Shown here one piece after another: positions 62,393-64,000 of a DNA stretch of 64,000 nt; within the stretch, counting starts at the first letter, position 1; each line of letters starts with the position of its first letter. The position numbers and the translations under genes are program-made. The notes beneath the pieces were generated by a model. The model saw only the letters and a program-made list of their open reading frames with translations, did no database searches and was not told the origin of the DNA. This DNA is from the human T2T-CHM13v2.0 reference genome, Homo sapiens, in the NCBI RefSeq assembly GCF_009914755.1, contig NC_060947.1. One strand, written 5' to 3'.

Positions 62393-62561
62393 TTTTTTTT
62401 TTTAAAGACAGGGTCTTGCTATGTTGCCTTGAATGGAGTGCAGTGACACTTCATAGGTACAATCATAGCACACTGCAACCTTGAATTCTTGGCCTCGAGG
62501 AATCTTCCCACCTTAGCCTCCCAAATAGTTGGGATTACAGTTGCATGCTACCCTCCCTGGC
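62393..62561 (-). mobile_element. Alu monomer (FRAM/FAM-like)
   Basis: Highly diverged single arm with poly(T). Confidence 0.7.
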
Positions 62562-62795
62562 TTTTCTATTTTTTGAAACAGTTTAAGACATATTCATGTT
62601 AATTTTTCTTTAATCATTTGAGACTTTACCAGTGAATCTATCTGGTCTGGGCTTTTCTTTACTGGAAGTTTTTGATTACTGACTCAATCTCTGTACCTGT
62701 TAAATAACAACTCCCTTTTATCCTCTCTCCTCAGCTCCTGGTAACCACCATTCTATTTTCTATAGCTGTGAATTTGAATATTTTGGATATATCAG

Positions 62796-63148
62796 TGTTT
62801 GAGTCTGTTTCTTGCTGCTGTAACATAATACTAGATAATGAGTAATGTATAAAGAAAAAACATTATTTCTCACAGTTCTGGAGGCTGGGAAGTCCAAGAT
62901 TGAGGGGCCAACATCTGGTGAGGGCCTCCTTGCTGTGCCAGTTTATGCTTGAAAAGGAGAGGATGGTGGGGGCAGGGAAATTCATCCTTTTATAATAAAC
63001 ACACTGAATGATAATGGCATCAATCCACTCATGAGGCCAGAGCCCTCATGGTCTAATCATATCTTAAAGGTCTCACCTCTTAATATTGTCACATTGGGGA
63101 TCAAACTGTCAACACAAGAGCTTTGGGGGACACATTCAAACTATAGCA
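62796..63148. mobile_element. MaLR LTR (MST/MLT1A-like)
   Basis: ttatttctcacagttctggaggctgggaagtccaagat...tggtgagggcc...gggggacacattcaaactatagca. Confidence 0.85.
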
Positions 63149-63387
63149 CTCATATAAAGTGGCATCTTACTGTAGTTGTCCTTTTGTGACTGATTTACTT
63201 CATTTAGCATAATATCCTCATGGTTCATCCATGTTGTAGTGTGTGACAGGATTTCCTTCCTTTTTAGGGCTGCATAGTATCCCACTATACTTATATTCCA
63301 TATTTTGTTTGTCCATTTGTCCATCAATGGACATTTGGATTGTTTCTGCCTCTTGGCCAATGTGAATAATGCTGCTATGAATATAAG

Positions 63388-63680
63388 TGCTATGGCTTGA
63401 ATATTTGTCCCCTTCAAAACTCATGTTGAAATTTAACCCCAATGTGGCAGTATTGAGACATGAAACCTTTAAAAAATGATTGGGTCACAGTAGGCAGAGC
63501 TCTTATGAAATAGATTAATCCATTCATGGGCTAATGGATTATTGGGTTATCATGGGAGTGGGACTGGTGGCTTTATAAGAAGAGGAAACGAGACCTGATT
63601 TAGCATGCCTATTCCCCTCACCATGTGATGGATGCACTATGCCACTTCAGGACTGCAGAGAGTCACCAACAGAAAGAAGA
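63388..63680. mobile_element. Partial MaLR LTR (MST-like), opposite orientation to 62796-63148
   Basis: tgctatggcttgaatatttgtccccttcaaaactcatgttgaaatttaaccccaatgtggcagtatt. Confidence 0.82.
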
Positions 63681-63684
63681 TTTG

Positions 63685-63860
63685 TGTCCCAGCTCTTCCA
63701 CCTCCTAGTTCTTACCTCTGGGATCTTGGGCCAGACCCCAAGTCTTTCTTGCCTCAGTTTCTTCATGTATAAAATGCCGCTGATAATGGCATCTATCTCA
63801 TAGGGTGCCTGGGAGGATTAAATGAAGTAATGTTTGGAGCATGCTTGACACATAGTGATT
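63685..63860 (+). mobile_element. MIR
   Basis: gcctcagtttcttcatgtataaaatg...ctcatagggtg...gaggattaaatga. Confidence 0.8.
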
Positions 63861-64000
63861 AAGGTCTGACCCCAATCCACAAACCTCCAAGATAACCGAC
63901 CTCTAGAACAAAGAGGACAGGTCCACTATGCCTTATCTGAAATCCTATGAATAGCTCAAAAACACCATCCATAAAAGGAAAACTACAAACTATACCTCAT
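63817..64000 (+). repeat. Direct repeat copy B (pairs with 1-184)
   Basis: Ungapped, 163/184 identical to the window start. Confidence 0.9.

Overview
Primate (human-like) DNA, mostly intergenic and rich in repeats. The only credible protein-coding gene is an intronless 273-aa ORF (19668-20489, +) in a CpG island. I recognise it as HAPSTR2, the X-linked retrogene paralog of HAPSTR1/C16orf72. If so, the window is probably Xq27.1, in the gene-poor region near SOX3 (location from memory). Other elements: a 5'-truncated, polyadenylated HERV-W processed pseudogene with TSDs (5512-8767), which has an integrase-env deletion and an apparent GA>AA hypermutation bias; a 7SL pseudogene; about 20 Alu-family copies; many L1s, including a 5'-inverted L1PA and a TSD-bounded chimeric L1 block; MIR, L2, MER, LTR16 and MaLR relics; and repeat-poor tracts dense in TAAT motifs that may be enhancers. 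The first and last 184 bp of the window are an ungapped direct repeat of about 89% identity that crosses a MIR/flank junction, suggesting an old local duplication bracketing the HAPSTR2 locus. I found no convincing new biological system. The best leads are a strong-Kozak uORF in the HAPSTR2 leader, the edited HERV-W retrocopy and the flanking duplication. Subfamily calls and most repeat boundaries were made by eye and are approximate.
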